Source: an uncultured Dehalococcoidia bacterium (lineage in GTDB: Bacteria > Chloroflexota > Dehalococcoidia > Lucifugimonadales > GCA-2712585). From it: 64,000 nucleotides of DNA. The stretch covers positions 1,294 to 65,293 of the forward strand of contig CAYTPK010000007.1 in assembly GCA_964439905.1 (NCBI GenBank), written 5' to 3'. The number at the start of each line of letters is the position of its first letter. Within the stretch, counting starts at the first letter, position 1. Shown here in pieces: positions 1 through 12,229 of the stretch. Below the pieces are notes generated by a model. It was not told where the DNA came from and made no database searches. It saw only the letters and a program-made list of their open reading frames with translations. Position numbers and translations under genes: made by a program.

Positions 1-1
1 G

Positions 2-907
2 GCTAATGTCGTCGGAATTTTAGAGCAACATGGAGCTTTAGGTCACACGATAGTTGTCGCCGCTAATTCCTCCGATCCTGCGCCACTTCAATACATAGCT
101 CCATACGCCGGCTGTGCAATGGCCGAAGAATTTATGGAGCAAGGCAAGGAAGTGTTGATCGTCTACGACGATTTGACCAAGCACGCATGGGCCTATAGGC
201 AGATGTCATTGCTCCTTAGGAGACCTGCTGGTCGTGAGGCGTATCCTGGTGGGGTTTTTTATTTACATAGTAGACTTTTAGAAAGAGCTGCTCGTTTGGC
301 TCCAGAGTATGGTGGTGGCTCTATTACAGCCCTTCCAATAATTGAAACACAAGCTGGAGACGTATCTGCTTATATTCCAACCAATGTGATATCTATAACT
401 GATGGGCAGATATATTTGGAACCTGAAGCATTCAATGCTGGTATCAGGCCTGCGATAAATGCGGGCATCTCAGTTTCCAGGGTAGGAGGAGCTGCTCAGA
501 CACGGATTATTCGGCGAGTAGCGGGGAGTTTACGTCTAGATCTTTCTCAGTATCAGGAGCTTGCGACCTTCGCTCAGTTCGGAACTTCGGATTTAGATCA
601 GGCAACGAGGAATCAATTGGAAAGAGGGCAAAGGAGCATAGAGATTCTTAAGCAGACACAGTACGGGCCATTATCACTGAGTCATCAAGTAGTGATATTC
701 TACGCGTTGGCAAATGGATATTTAGATGACGTTCCCATACCAATGTGCAGAGAATTTGAGGATAAGCTCCATGATTTCCTAGATGCCAACGGTTCAGCGC
801 TCTTGTCTCAAATTATGGATAGAAAGGATTTGACCGAAGAGATTGAAACTGAACTAAAAAAGATAATTGGGGAGTTTAAATCTACATTTGAGGCAACGCA
901 GGGGTAG
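2..907 (+). CDS. atpA: F1Fo ATP synthase subunit alpha (5'-truncated by window edge)
   Basis: Motifs [58 protein letters not shown]; frame open from window start; followed by atpG/D/C. Confidence 0.98.
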   Translation, partial: ANVVGILEQHGALGHTIVVAANSSDPAPLQYIAPYAGCAMAEEFMEQGKEVLIVYDDLTKHAWAYRQMSLLLRRPAGREAYPGGVFYLHSRLLERAARLAPEYGGGSITALPIIETQAGDVSAYIPTNVISITDGQIYLEPEAFNAGIRPAINAGISVSRVGGAAQTRIIRRVAGSLRLDLSQYQELATFAQFGTSDLDQATRNQLERGQRSIEILKQTQYGPLSLSHQVVIFYALANGYLDDVPIPMCREFEDKLHDFLDANGSALLSQIMDRKDLTEEIETELKKIIGEFKSTFEATQG

Positions 908-928
908 TTAATACATTATTGGTGAAAT

Positions 929-1792
929 ATGGTTAGCGTACGACAATTAAGAAGAAGAATTCGTAGTGTTGAGAACACATCTAAAGTCACTAATGCTATG
1001 CAATTAATAGCAGCTTCAAAGATGCGTAGAGCTCAGGTAGCGGCTCTGGCGAGCCGCGATTACGCGGTAAAAATACAGGAAGTAATAGCAGATTTGGAAG
1101 CTCAACCTCGTGATCCAGATCAGTCCCATCCATTGTTGGAACGCAGACAGGTCTCCAAGATATTGATTCTTCATCTTACCCCGGATAGAGGATTATGTGG
1201 AGGTCTTCATGGCAGTCTGAATCGTAGTGTGGGACAGTTTATAATGAGTAGCAGGCCAACTTCGGTGTCTCTAGTTGTAGCTGGTAGAAAGGGACGAGAT
1301 TTTATGGTACGGACAGGTCAAGACGTAAAGGCCCTATTTACCGGGATCGATGATCAACCTACCATGCTCGATGTGTTACCAATGTCCAAGATATTATTGA
1401 GCGAGTTCGTCGACGGGAACGTCGATGAGGTATATATTGCATTTCCGCGCTTTGTTTCTACCGTATCCCAGGAACCCGTCATTATGAAATTACTGCCGGT
1501 AGACCCTGCTGAACTTCCGACGGCTTCAAGGGTAGGTTACATATATGAGCCAGGCGCACGAGAGGTTTTAAATTCTCTTCTACCTAGGTTTGTTGAAATG
1601 GAAGTATATCATGCTTTTTTGGAACTTGTGGCTAGTGAACAGTCTGCCAGGATGGTAGCGATGAGAAATGCAACAGATGCGGCAAATGAATTGATTGATG
1701 ACCTCACATTGGCTATGAATAAAGTGAGACAGGAAAGTATTACGGGTGAATTACTCGACATGATTGGCGGTACATTGGCTCTGGAAGGTTAA
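929..1792 (+). CDS. atpG: ATP synthase F1 subunit gamma
   Basis: RRIRSVENTSKVTNAM, DRGLCG, SEQSARMVAMRNATDAA, RQESITGEL. Confidence 0.98.
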   Translation: MVSVRQLRRRIRSVENTSKVTNAMQLIAASKMRRAQVAALASRDYAVKIQEVIADLEAQPRDPDQSHPLLERRQVSKILILHLTPDRGLCGGLHGSLNRSVGQFIMSSRPTSVSLVVAGRKGRDFMVRTGQDVKALFTGIDDQPTMLDVLPMSKILLSEFVDGNVDEVYIAFPRFVSTVSQEPVIMKLLPVDPAELPTASRVGYIYEPGAREVLNSLLPRFVEMEVYHAFLELVASEQSARMVAMRNATDAANELIDDLTLAMNKVRQESITGELLDMIGGTLALEG

Positions 1793-1832
1793 ATTTGAGA
1801 TTTCCAACCGACATTTATGTGCGTATGTTTAA

Positions 1833-3245
<1,413 letters not shown>

Positions 3246-3260
3246 AAGGATAGAATCCTT

Positions 3261-3683
3261 ATGGCAGAAACGATGAAAATGGACATAATCACGGCAGAAA
3301 GGACCGTTTTTTCTGCCGATATTGAGTTGGTATTGGCCCCCGGTGTTGAGGGAGAGTTAGGTATTCTACCCCACCATGCTGGCTTGATGACCATTCTGAA
3401 GCCCGGTGAACTTATGATACGAAAAGATGGTATAGAAACATTTTTTGCCATTTCTGGTGGATTTATGGAAGTTTTAGATAATAAGGTTACAGTATTAGCA
3501 GATGCAGCAGAGAATTCCGAAGAAATAAATGAAGAACGGGCTACCTTGGCCATGGAAAAGGCCCAAGCATTAATTGCCAACAAGGATTCAGATCTGGACT
3601 TGGAGAGAGCGCTCCAGCAAGTTCGAAGAGCACAGGTTAGATTGGATGTAGCGAGAAAGCGTAGAATGAGAAATCGGACTTAG
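3261..3683 (+). CDS. atpC: ATP synthase F1 subunit epsilon
   Basis: PG..GELGILPHH, ISGGFMEV, C-terminal helical hairpin; last gene of atp operon. Confidence 0.97.
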   Translation: MAETMKMDIITAERTVFSADIELVLAPGVEGELGILPHHAGLMTILKPGELMIRKDGIETFFAISGGFMEVLDNKVTVLADAAENSEEINEERATLAMEKAQALIANKDSDLDLERALQQVRRAQVRLDVARKRRMRNRT

Positions 3684-3727
3684 CACTCTTGGATGTTGTA
3701 ATCGTACCTGCCCAAAAAGTTTATTAG

Positions 3728-4555
3728 TTATGGGTCGTTGTAATAATCGCTCGGAAACTCGTATGGGTTGATTCGTCTTGACGAACGTAAACCCCTGGAC
3801 CATAAGGGTTCTCTCCGAATTAGTTTATATAGTAATGCCGCGGCTATGCCAGCAAGGAACCCACCTACGTGTGCCCAATACGCTACACCCCCTTCTAATG
3901 TGCCCAGAGAGCCCACCCCTTGAAAGAATTGGAGTAAGAACCAAAATCCCAATAGGAGTACCGCAGGCAAGTCTATCGCCATAATAAAGAAAAACAAGAT
4001 CAAGGTCTTGATCCTTGCGAAAGGAAAGAGGATTAGATAGGCGCCGCTAATTCCAGCAATAGCTCCACTAGCTCCTACCATGGGACTGAGCGAATCTTGG
4101 GCTATATATGTTTGAGCGAAAACTGCAATTATCCCGGCAATTAAATAAATCATGAGAAATTTTAAATGTCCAAACCTATCCTCTATATTTCTACCGAATA
4201 CCCAGAGATAAACCATGTTACCGATTAGGTGTAGCCAACCCCCGTGGATGAACATCGATGAAAAAATGGTACCCCATATTGGTATTTGGCTTCTCACATC
4301 CAAGAACTTCCTGCTAATGTATTCTCCCTCCCTGACGAAATATTCAAATTGTGTAATTTCGTTACCTGAGGTTAGTTCTCGAGGTATTACTCCCCATTTA
4401 TAGAAGAATTGTGTTACAGACAGAGAATCGGAAAAGAATAAAGATCCGCCTAGGTAAAGTTCTATCATAAATACGAGAATGTTTATCGAAAGTAACCCGT
4501 AGATAACGTATGGCTTAGTAAAACTGGATGTGTCTATGTCACGGATTGGGAACAG
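3728..4555 (-). CDS. Rhomboid family intramembrane serine protease
   Basis: SMFIHGGWLHLIGNM, catalytic GASG and AYWAHVGG; frame extends 29 codons beyond the ORF-track start (4468) to a CTG preceded by AGAGGT, giving N-terminus (M)FPIRD. Confidence 0.93.
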   Translation of the reverse strand: MFPIRDIDTSSFTKPYVIYGLLSINILVFMIELYLGGSLFFSDSLSVTQFFYKWGVIPRELTSGNEITQFEYFVREGEYISRKFLDVRSQIPIWGTIFSSMFIHGGWLHLIGNMVYLWVFGRNIEDRFGHLKFLMIYLIAGIIAVFAQTYIAQDSLSPMVGASGAIAGISGAYLILFPFARIKTLILFFFIMAIDLPAVLLLGFWFLLQFFQGVGSLGTLEGGVAYWAHVGGFLAGIAAALLYKLIRREPLWSRGLRSSRRINPYEFPSDYYNDP

Positions 4556-4710
4556 AACGAACCTCTTGATGTTTTTAGCTATACTCGTGAACAGGAAACC
4601 GGGAATACTACCTTTGGGTGATATAGGGCGTGAGAGCTGAGGGTGACCCGTGTTTTCTGGGGACCAAGTTTAACAGGGTCTAGAGATTATGACTACTAAC
4701 TTTTGGCTCT

Positions 4711-4738
4711 TTGCTACACGCGATACAAGACCTATAAT
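4711..4738 (+). promoter_or_regulatory. Putative sigma70 promoter of aspS
   Basis: TTGCTA-16 nt-TATAAT, about 35 nt upstream of the GTG start at 4773. Confidence 0.55.
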
Positions 4739-4772
4739 TGACAGCAACTATTATTTTTGGGAGCAAGGGAAC

Positions 4773-6572
4773 GTGATCGAAAGGACTCTCTGCGGCGAAT
4801 TAAATATTAACGATCTGGATAAAATGGTGACGCTTGCTGGATGGGTCCATCGTCGTAGAGATCATGGTGGCCTGGTATTCATTGATTTAAGGGATTTCTC
4901 CGGTATTATTCAGGTCATAATTGACCCTGAGTCTAATCAAATGACTCACCAACGAGCTGGTGAACTAAGATCTGAATGGGTAGTAGAGATCAAAGGAAAG
5001 GTGATACGACGACCTGAAGGAACTGAGAATCTCCTTATGAATACTGGCCAAATTGAAATATCCGCATCTGATATAAAAGTGCTGAATGAAGCTAAGACCC
5101 CACCTTTTTATATAAATGAGGAAACGGAGGTGGAAGAAAGTATTCGCTTGAGCTATAGGTACTTAGATCTTCGTAGGGAAAAAATGAAGAACAATTTAAT
5201 CCTAAGACACAAGGTAATTAAATTTATCCGAGATTTCCTTGATGCTCGTGGTTTTTTGGAGATCGAGACACCCATATTGATAAAAAGTACTCCGGAAGGG
5301 GCTCGTGATTATGTGGTTCCGAGTCGTATTCATCCAGGGGATTTTTATGCTCTTCCACAGTCCCCACAGCAACTAAAACAACTGCTTATGGTAGCTGGGT
5401 TCGAAAAATATTTCCAAATAGCGAGATGCTTTAGAGATGAAGATTTGCGATCCGACAGGCAGCCAGAATTTACACAATTAGATTTGGAGATGAGTTTTGT
5501 TGAAGAAGAGGAAATACTCAGCCTGATTCAGGATATGTACAAAGATATGATAAGGACTCTAACGCCTGATAAGAGCGTGCCAGAAGTCTTTCCCAGGCTA
5601 ACGTATAAACAAGCGATTTCTTTGTATGGTTCAGATAAGCCCGATCTCAGATTTGATATCCAGCTTAAGGATATCACCAATCTTTTGCGCGATACCAATT
5701 TTGGAGTATTTCGCTCGATAGTTGATAGCGGTGGTGTTGTTAAGGGCATAGTGGCAGAAGGATGTGGAAACTTTTCCAGGAAACAGATTGATGAATTCAT
5801 ACAATTTGTTCGAGATCGTGGTGCTAAAGGGCTTGTTACTATAGCAATAACGGACGAATCTAATACACTTCAAGATATATCTTTTGATAATGTCAGATCT
5901 TCCGCCGGTAAACATCTAGATATCGAGGAAATACGTGTAATAGCTCAGAGCATGAATGCAAGTCCGGGTGATCTTCTTTTGATAAGCGCAGGCCATGAAA
6001 GCGAAACGGGTTTTATTTTGGGTCAACTGAGAGTTTTCGTTGGGGATATGCTTGGATTCACAGATCCCAATAAACTCGCATTCGCATTCGTTGTTGATTT
6101 TCCGCTCTTTGAATGGAACGAAGATGAGAATCGCTGGAAGTCCCCTCATCATCCTTTTACCGCACCCAAGGATGAAGACGCTAGGATGCTGGATGGAGAA
6201 ACGACTTTAGCAGACATCAGATCGAAAGCTTATGACCTAGTTTGTAATGGAAATGAACTAGCTAGTGGAAGTATTAGGATACATCAGCGAGAGTTACAAG
6301 CCAAAATCTTTAAAATTTTAGGGCACTCACACGATCATGTTATCGAAAGATTCGGGCACTTATTAAACGCTTTCGAATATGGTGCACCACCTCATGGGGG
6401 AATAGCACCTGGGATTGATAGGTTAGTGGCGATGCTTACTAATTCGGATTCCATACGAGATGTCATAGCGTTTCCAAAGACCCAAAGTGGAACAGATTTG
6501 TTATTTGGAGCTCCCGCAAAAATAGATGAACATCACTTGAAAGAGCTGGGTATATGGAAATCAAAATTGTAA
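4773..6572 (+). CDS. aspS: Aspartate--tRNA ligase (probably non-discriminating)
   Basis: [66 protein letters not shown]; start placed at GTG 4773 after GGAG rather than ATG 4689. Confidence 0.97.
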   Translation: MIERTLCGELNINDLDKMVTLAGWVHRRRDHGGLVFIDLRDFSGIIQVIIDPESNQMTHQRAGELRSEWVVEIKGKVIRRPEGTENLLMNTGQIEISASDIKVLNEAKTPPFYINEETEVEESIRLSYRYLDLRREKMKNNLILRHKVIKFIRDFLDARGFLEIETPILIKSTPEGARDYVVPSRIHPGDFYALPQSPQQLKQLLMVAGFEKYFQIARCFRDEDLRSDRQPEFTQLDLEMSFVEEEEILSLIQDMYKDMIRTLTPDKSVPEVFPRLTYKQAISLYGSDKPDLRFDIQLKDITNLLRDTNFGVFRSIVDSGGVVKGIVAEGCGNFSRKQIDEFIQFVRDRGAKGLVTIAITDESNTLQDISFDNVRSSAGKHLDIEEIRVIAQSMNASPGDLLLISAGHESETGFILGQLRVFVGDMLGFTDPNKLAFAFVVDFPLFEWNEDENRWKSPHHPFTAPKDEDARMLDGETTLADIRSKAYDLVCNGNELASGSIRIHQRELQAKIFKILGHSHDHVIERFGHLLNAFEYGAPPHGGIAPGIDRLVAMLTNSDSIRDVIAFPKTQSGTDLLFGAPAKIDEHHLKELGIWKSKL

Positions 6573-6654
6573 GTATTATCTTATATTTGCATAGTTCCAC
6601 AAAATATGTGCTGTTGGTATAATTTCACACAGTTCCTTAAACGGAGACCAATCA

Positions 6655-7995
6655 TTGAAAATTAGCAGAGAAGATAATTTACCCGAGGATATTACACTTA
6701 ATATTGAATTGGGGGCAGACGATGTAGAACCCTATCTAGAGGATGCATATCGCAAGGTAGTGGCTAGACTGCGCATTCCGGGTTTTAGACCTGGGAAAGC
6801 TCCTAGGAATGTTGTTGAATCGGTAGTTGGGCGTGAACACTTGGTCCAAGAGGCTTTGGATACGGTTGTCCCAGCGTGTGTGGATAATGCCATAAAACAA
6901 GAAAAAATTAGTCCATTTTTGCCTCCTGATGTAGAGATGACCGGATATGAGCCACTATCTTTCAAAGCGATAGTTCCATTGGAACCTGAGCTAGTTTTAC
7001 CAGACTATAGAAATATTACGGTAGATGTTCAAAAAAGGAAGGTTGCTCAGGGAGATGTTGACCAAGTGTTAGAGCGATACCGCTCTGATTCAGCTCCATG
7101 GGGACCGGTAGATCGCCCCGTGGCGTTTGGAGATTTGATTACAATTGATGTCGAAGGCAGAGTGGAACTTAAGACTATATTGAAACAGGAGAGAATAGAT
7201 TATATTCCATCTATGGATAACCAATCACCGCTTCCGGGATTTTCCGTGCAATTAGAAGGGTTAAAAAAAGGAATTACCAAGACGTTCAGTGTAAAAGTAC
7301 CAGATGAATACAATGACGAAACCATAAAGGGTAAAGATTGTCATTTTACGGTTACTGTAAACGAAATTAAGGAGAAATTGCTTCCGCCTTTGGATGATGA
7401 ATTCGCAAAGGGAATTGGTGAAGGATTTGAGACTCTGGATGACCTTAGAGCGGATATATTGGATCGTCTAGACAAAAATATGGATCTCCAGATGCAAGAA
7501 GAATTTAATGAACGAGCCTTGCAAAGAGTAGTGGAAGATTCTGTAGTGATGATCCCCGAACTAATTGTCAACAGGGAAGTAGACAATATGATAGATGATC
7601 AACAGAGGGCGTTGAAATCCCGCAATATTGATCTAGACAGCTATCTTAATCACCTTGGGAAATCCGAGGACGAGCTCAAAGAGGAAATGCGCCCAACTGC
7701 GAAGGAAAGAGTTACGAGGAATTTAGTATTAAAGAACCTTTCTAGGGAATTTAATATCCAAATATCAGATGAAGAAGTAGAATCTCAAATCAAGGAAATG
7801 TTTTCTGGTGCCAACAAACGTTCTATTCGAAGGTTTCTCAAGTCTGATGAGATCAAGAAATCGGTTTCTTCGAGTATTCTCAACCGTAAGACTATGGAAA
7901 ATTTGGTAGATTTGATAAAGAGCAATAAAAGCAGAAAGCAGGGTTCTAAAGCAAAAAGTAAGAAGACAACCAAAACTAACATACCGAAAAAGTAG
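6655..7995 (+). CDS. tig: Trigger factor
   Basis: Ribosome-binding signature IPGFRPGKAP, FKBP-like middle domain, upstream of clpP; extended -10 TGGTATAAT and GGAG RBS upstream. Confidence 0.96.
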   Translation: MKISREDNLPEDITLNIELGADDVEPYLEDAYRKVVARLRIPGFRPGKAPRNVVESVVGREHLVQEALDTVVPACVDNAIKQEKISPFLPPDVEMTGYEPLSFKAIVPLEPELVLPDYRNITVDVQKRKVAQGDVDQVLERYRSDSAPWGPVDRPVAFGDLITIDVEGRVELKTILKQERIDYIPSMDNQSPLPGFSVQLEGLKKGITKTFSVKVPDEYNDETIKGKDCHFTVTVNEIKEKLLPPLDDEFAKGIGEGFETLDDLRADILDRLDKNMDLQMQEEFNERALQRVVEDSVVMIPELIVNREVDNMIDDQQRALKSRNIDLDSYLNHLGKSEDELKEEMRPTAKERVTRNLVLKNLSREFNIQISDEEVESQIKEMFSGANKRSIRRFLKSDEIKKSVSSSILNRKTMENLVDLIKSNKSRKQGSKAKSKKTTKTNIPKK

Positions 7996-8015
7996 GCAAG
8001 GAGGAATAAGTAGTA

Positions 8016-8660
8016 ATGGATAATCCTAAAAATATCATACCGATGGTCATAGAGACAGGCCCCAGGGGCGAAAGAGCATTCGACATATACTCTCTTCTTT
8101 TGAGAGAACGTATAGTCTTCTTGGGGACACAGATAGTGGACCAGACTGCTAATTTAATAATTGCTCAACTGTTGTTTTTGGAAAGAGAAGATCCAGATCG
8201 TGACATAAATCTTTATATTATTAGTCCAGGTGGCGTTATTACTGCTGGATTAGCCATTTTTGATACTATGCGAATGCTTCGTTGCGACGTTTCTACAATA
8301 TGTGTTGGTATGGCTGCAAGTATGGCGACGATACTGTTGAGTGCGGGTACTAAGGGTAAGCGTTACGCTTTACCTAATTCGACCGTGCATATGCATCAGC
8401 CAATTGGAGGGGCCCAAGGGCAGGCTACGGATATAGAAATTGCTGCACGTGAAATTCTAAGGGTACAAGATAAGATTAGAACTATCTTGGCGGAAAATAC
8501 TGGGCAGAGCATCGATAAAATAGCACAGGATACGGATCGAGACTACTATCTAACACCAGAACAGGCGCGTGAGTATGGTATTGTTGATGAGGTGCTCAAC
8601 AAGGATGCTGCAACCGAAAAAGTTGATCCTAAACCTGCTAAATCTAAGAAAAAAATATAA
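8016..8660 (+). CDS. clpP: ATP-dependent Clp protease proteolytic subunit
   Basis: [24 protein letters not shown] (Ser), MHQP (His), DTDRD (Asp); AAGGAGG RBS. Confidence 0.98.
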   Translation: MDNPKNIIPMVIETGPRGERAFDIYSLLLRERIVFLGTQIVDQTANLIIAQLLFLEREDPDRDINLYIISPGGVITAGLAIFDTMRMLRCDVSTICVGMAASMATILLSAGTKGKRYALPNSTVHMHQPIGGAQGQATDIEIAAREILRVQDKIRTILAENTGQSIDKIAQDTDRDYYLTPEQAREYGIVDEVLNKDAATEKVDPKPAKSKKKI

Positions 8661-8686
8661 GTGTTTACCTTTATAATCCCTAGAAG

Positions 8687-9493
8687 TTAGTCTGGTGCTG
8701 AGCTGATGGATAATTCTATCGTTGTATTAAGACATATGGGTTTAGGGTCATGAGTGGAGTCCTTTAGCATCTCCAGATACTTAAAGCTGAGTGCTCCTGT
8801 AGCAATGGCTCTTATTGTCTCCGAGATTAGAAACGGTTCCCGACGATATTCTTCGTACCGTAATCGTTGAAATATAGCGAGATTCTGACCATGAGTCGAT
8901 TTTAATTGCTCTATTGGGACATCTTGTATGTCATTCCAACTTTCTTCCAAGGACCTTTGATGAGTAGGGAAGCTGCAATATGAGATTGCAGGTCCTTTAT
9001 CGAGATCTTTAGTTACAATATGGATCATGGCCCCTGCGGTATCAGGTCTAGTGCGGATTGTTTCCCATATCACTTGTTGCCATGTGCCAGAAGGCCCCCC
9101 AGGAATCGATGGATGAAGATTCAGCATAGTGTAATGATCCGACAGGTTCTCTCCTACAATTAACATGTATCCAGCAAGTAAGCATATTTGTGGTCTAAAT
9201 TGAGCGAGTTTGTCCATCACCATTTTGTCATATTCGCGCCGTTTTTGAGACGCATGACCTGTTATAGATTCGTATATCCGGGCTGACGACAGTGTGACGA
9301 GTGGAATTTTATAGCTTTCGATTATGTTGAAAAATTGGTCGGTTAGAGGAGACTCTCCTCGTTCGCGGTTGCTGAAAACAAATTCTATTTTAGCCCCTAG
9401 AGTTCCTTCGGTTATCTGCCTTTGAGTGAAGTCAAAAAGCCCACGGGATCCGGGTCCTCTGCCAGTAGTGAACCATCCTATGCTTAACGTCAT
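8687..9493 (-). CDS. PurN-like formyltransferase (phosphoribosylglycinamide formyltransferase family, extended)
   Basis: FVFSNRE, LAGYMLIV, LNLHPS, GAMIHIVT..LDKGP formyltransferase motifs; about 70 aa longer than typical PurN. Confidence 0.8.
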   Translation of the reverse strand: MTLSIGWFTTGRGPGSRGLFDFTQRQITEGTLGAKIEFVFSNRERGESPLTDQFFNIIESYKIPLVTLSSARIYESITGHASQKRREYDKMVMDKLAQFRPQICLLAGYMLIVGENLSDHYTMLNLHPSIPGGPSGTWQQVIWETIRTRPDTAGAMIHIVTKDLDKGPAISYCSFPTHQRSLEESWNDIQDVPIEQLKSTHGQNLAIFQRLRYEEYRREPFLISETIRAIATGALSFKYLEMLKDSTHDPKPICLNTTIELSISSAPD

Positions 9494-10176
9494 CCGGCAC
9501 CCATAGTTTTACGTATTTTCGCCCAGAAGGGAGCCAGTCTCGTTACAAATCTTGATCTAGCCCTTATTGATTGCGATCTAGCCAAGCTTATCAATAACCC
9601 GCCCGGAGTTCCATCGAACTCCGGGATAAGATTATATGAACGGCCGAGTTCCAGGGTCGAGTGTGCGTCCGTTACTGTAACTGTCCCTAGATCATATTTT
9701 AGTGAAACTTCTGTGGCCTTCAAATCGGAGGAGTCAAACCAGTTCCTTCCGTTAAATGTTTCAATAAGATCTAGGTGGGCTATTATCTCGTGAACCCCTT
9801 TAAGTCCGAGTGTGGAGGAGCGAATTCTATCAAATGGATGAGGAGCCATTACTAGCCCGCCTTGAGCCTTAATAGCTTTGGCGGTTTCTAATGGAGTGAG
9901 TCCAGGTGGGATAGCCTTATCTAGAAATAGACCTATGATATCTCCACCGGAGGACTTAATTTCCTCGCCAATAATTACGGTAAATGGCGCGATTGTTTGG
10001 ATTTCCAAAGCTCCATTAATTGTATTATGATCAGTTATAGCAAGGCAATTTATGCCAGTCTTTAAGCAACGAGAAACAATTGCAGATGGGGTTGAACAGG
10101 AATCATTGGAACGGTATGAGTGAACATGAAGATCTGCTTTGAGTAATTGATTAGTCGACATATTCCTCTGTATCAT
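9490..10176 (-). CDS. PHP-domain metal-dependent phosphoesterase
   Basis: DLHVHS, AITDHN, GEEI, PHPFD, TDAH motifs. Confidence 0.9.
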   Translation of the reverse strand: MIQRNMSTNQLLKADLHVHSYRSNDSCSTPSAIVSRCLKTGINCLAITDHNTINGALEIQTIAPFTVIIGEEIKSSGGDIIGLFLDKAIPPGLTPLETAKAIKAQGGLVMAPHPFDRIRSSTLGLKGVHEIIAHLDLIETFNGRNWFDSSDLKATEVSLKYDLGTVTVTDAHSTLELGRSYNLIPEFDGTPGGLLISLARSQSIRARSRFVTRLAPFWAKIRKTMGAG

Positions 10177-10405
10177 CGTCTTCTATATCTTTTGAGAATG
10201 AAGACTTTAATTCATGGATTTTTAGTTCTGTGTCGTTAAGGATTTTGCTACATATTCTGGCAAGGGTTATACCTTTTTCGTAGAGACTCGTAGCTTCTTC
10301 TAAGGTGAGATTTCCCGACTCTAGCGTTTCAGCGATTGTTTCTAGTTTTGCATAGGCCTCCTCGAACGATAGTTCGAACGACCCGTTGTTCTTGGACTTG
10401 GACAT
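10151..10405 (-). CDS. xseB: Exodeoxyribonuclease VII small subunit
   Basis: SFEEAYAKLETI..LESG.LTLEEA..LYEKG; downstream of xseA. Confidence 0.95.
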   Translation of the reverse strand: MSKSKNNGSFELSFEEAYAKLETIAETLESGNLTLEEATSLYEKGITLARICSKILNDTELKIHELKSSFSKDIEDDDTEEYVD

Positions 10406-10446
10406 TTTATGTATCCCCTAGTTCAGTCTGAATGGACATGAGTTCT

Positions 10447-11643
10447 TTAATTTCTTTGCGAGCGAAAATTACCAACCACCGCGTCTATCGTACCATCTAG
10501 GACGGCGATGTCTATTTGGTCACCAGTGGCAAAATGGTTTGTTTTTGAGAGGACCTTAGATGATCCACGTTTTTGAACGACTGCGTACCCTCTTTTAAGA
10601 GTCGATAGTGGGTTTAGGGTGTCAATTTGTTTATGGAGGCCAGTGACTTTTTGACTCAAGGTAATCAATAGATGATTCGTTAGTGTCCCCAGTCTGCTGG
10701 CGATTTCGTCTACTCGGATAAGGTAACTAGCCACGTCTGGAATCCTGTATTGTAAGGTCGACTCACTTTGTCTAACTTTATAACTGAGGTCTGATATTTG
10801 GTGTCTTATCGCGCGATTCATCTGCGCTACTCGTGTCAATATTTCTGAGGTCAGGGCAGTTTGATCCGGGGTCGCTATTTCTGCTGCAGCTGAAGGAGTT
10901 GGAGCTCGCACGTCGGCTACAAAGTCAGCTATAGTGAAGTCTGTTTCGTGTCCTATAGCACTAATTATGGGTATTTGACTGGCGTAAATGGCGCGGGCCA
11001 ATGATTCCTCGTTAAATGCACTGAGATCTTCTAGAGAGCCACCACCTCTTGCAATTATTATAATGTCGATGTTACCGATATTATTTAGTAAATTAATGGA
11101 CCTAATTACATCATGAGCTGCATCTGTCCCTTGTACCGTACACGGGACTAAAAGAACCTTCACGATGGGATAACGACGATTAAGTACTGTCGTTATATCA
11201 TGAAGCACTGACCCAGATGGAGAAGTGATCAAGCCTATGGTTTTAGGAAATTGTGGGACGGGTCGTTTTCTGGACTCTTCGAATAGACCCTCGTTTTCTA
11301 AATTAAATTTTAGTTTCTCGAATTCCATAGCCAAAGGCCCTGAACCTGCGCCAATTGCAATATTTACGAGAAAATCTAAACTCCCGCTCGCCTCATAAAA
11401 TGACATCCTGCCATGCGATGTAATGCTACGCCCATTTTCTAATATATCGAGGCCGGTTCCCCTGGAAAACATTACGCACCGAATCTGGGAATGAGTATCT
11501 TTTAGGGAAAAGTAGGCATGCCCCGCGGCGGAGATACGAAGGTTAGATATTTCTCCCGTGACCCAGATGTCACCCAATAACTCGTCTTGTGTTATTAGGT
11601 GTTTTATGTAGCTACTGGCCTGAGATACAGTAAGGGATTTCAA
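10447..11643 (-). CDS. xseA: Exodeoxyribonuclease VII large subunit
   Basis: WVTGEISN, GHAYFSLKD, ARGGGSLEDL, SAIGHETDFTIADFVADVRAPTPSAAAE. Confidence 0.97.
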   Translation of the reverse strand: MKSLTVSQASSYIKHLITQDELLGDIWVTGEISNLRISAAGHAYFSLKDTHSQIRCVMFSRGTGLDILENGRSITSHGRMSFYEASGSLDFLVNIAIGAGSGPLAMEFEKLKFNLENEGLFEESRKRPVPQFPKTIGLITSPSGSVLHDITTVLNRRYPIVKVLLVPCTVQGTDAAHDVIRSINLLNNIGNIDIIIIARGGGSLEDLSAFNEESLARAIYASQIPIISAIGHETDFTIADFVADVRAPTPSAAAEIATPDQTALTSEILTRVAQMNRAIRHQISDLSYKVRQSESTLQYRIPDVASYLIRVDEIASRLGTLTNHLLITLSQKVTGLHKQIDTLNPLSTLKRGYAVVQKRGSSKVLSKTNHFATGDQIDIAVLDGTIDAVVGNFRSQRN

Positions 11644-12216
11644 CTAAATATTAGCCCGTTCTGCGTAAGTCCCTGTACGAGTATCTACCTTTATAGTTTC
11701 ACCTTCCTTGATGAATAGAGGGACATTCAATTCAAATCCAGTTTCAAGAGTTGCCGGCTTGGTCCCGCCCTGTGCTGTATCTCCCTTTAATCCTGGTGGG
11801 CTATCAGATACTCTCAAGTTGACGAATGTAGGCATTTTTACGCCGAGAAGAGTGCCTTTATAAAACGATATCTCGACAACAGCTTCGTCTTTGAGGAAAT
11901 TTAAGCTATCTCCCATTTGTTCTTTGGGTAACTCAAATTGTTCAAATCCATCTAAATCCATAAAATGATAGAAGGCGCCATCGTTGTACAGATATTGTGA
12001 TTCTCTGGTTTCTATATCTACTGTGGTAAATGTTGTGTGGTAAGCTTGGAACGTTTTTTCTGTGATGGCCCCAGAGAAAAGGTTGCGCATTTTAATACGA
12101 GTCACTGGCGCTCGTTGTTGCATTTTGTGCTTTTGGTAATCTAGTACTTCGTAGGGTTGTCCGTCGATTTCCATAATGGTTCCCTTACGAAGATCAGAAA
12201 ATCCTATTGTAGGCAT
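11644..12216 (-). CDS. efp: Translation elongation factor P (atypical loop MQQR)
   Basis: DLRKG, QYLYNDG, PGLKGDTA, KPATLETG, VPLFIKEGETIKVDTRTG; GGAGG RBS. Confidence 0.96.
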   Translation of the reverse strand: MPTIGFSDLRKGTIMEIDGQPYEVLDYQKHKMQQRAPVTRIKMRNLFSGAITEKTFQAYHTTFTTVDIETRESQYLYNDGAFYHFMDLDGFEQFELPKEQMGDSLNFLKDEAVVEISFYKGTLLGVKMPTFVNLRVSDSPPGLKGDTAQGGTKPATLETGFELNVPLFIKEGETIKVDTRTGTYAERANI

Positions 12217-12229
12217 GTTCTGGCCTCCT

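Noticed and set aside
4595-4690. T-box riboswitch for aspS
   Set aside because: Only a partial TTGGGTG match; no UGGNACC bulge, specifier stem or terminator, and it lies upstream of the likely aspS promoter.
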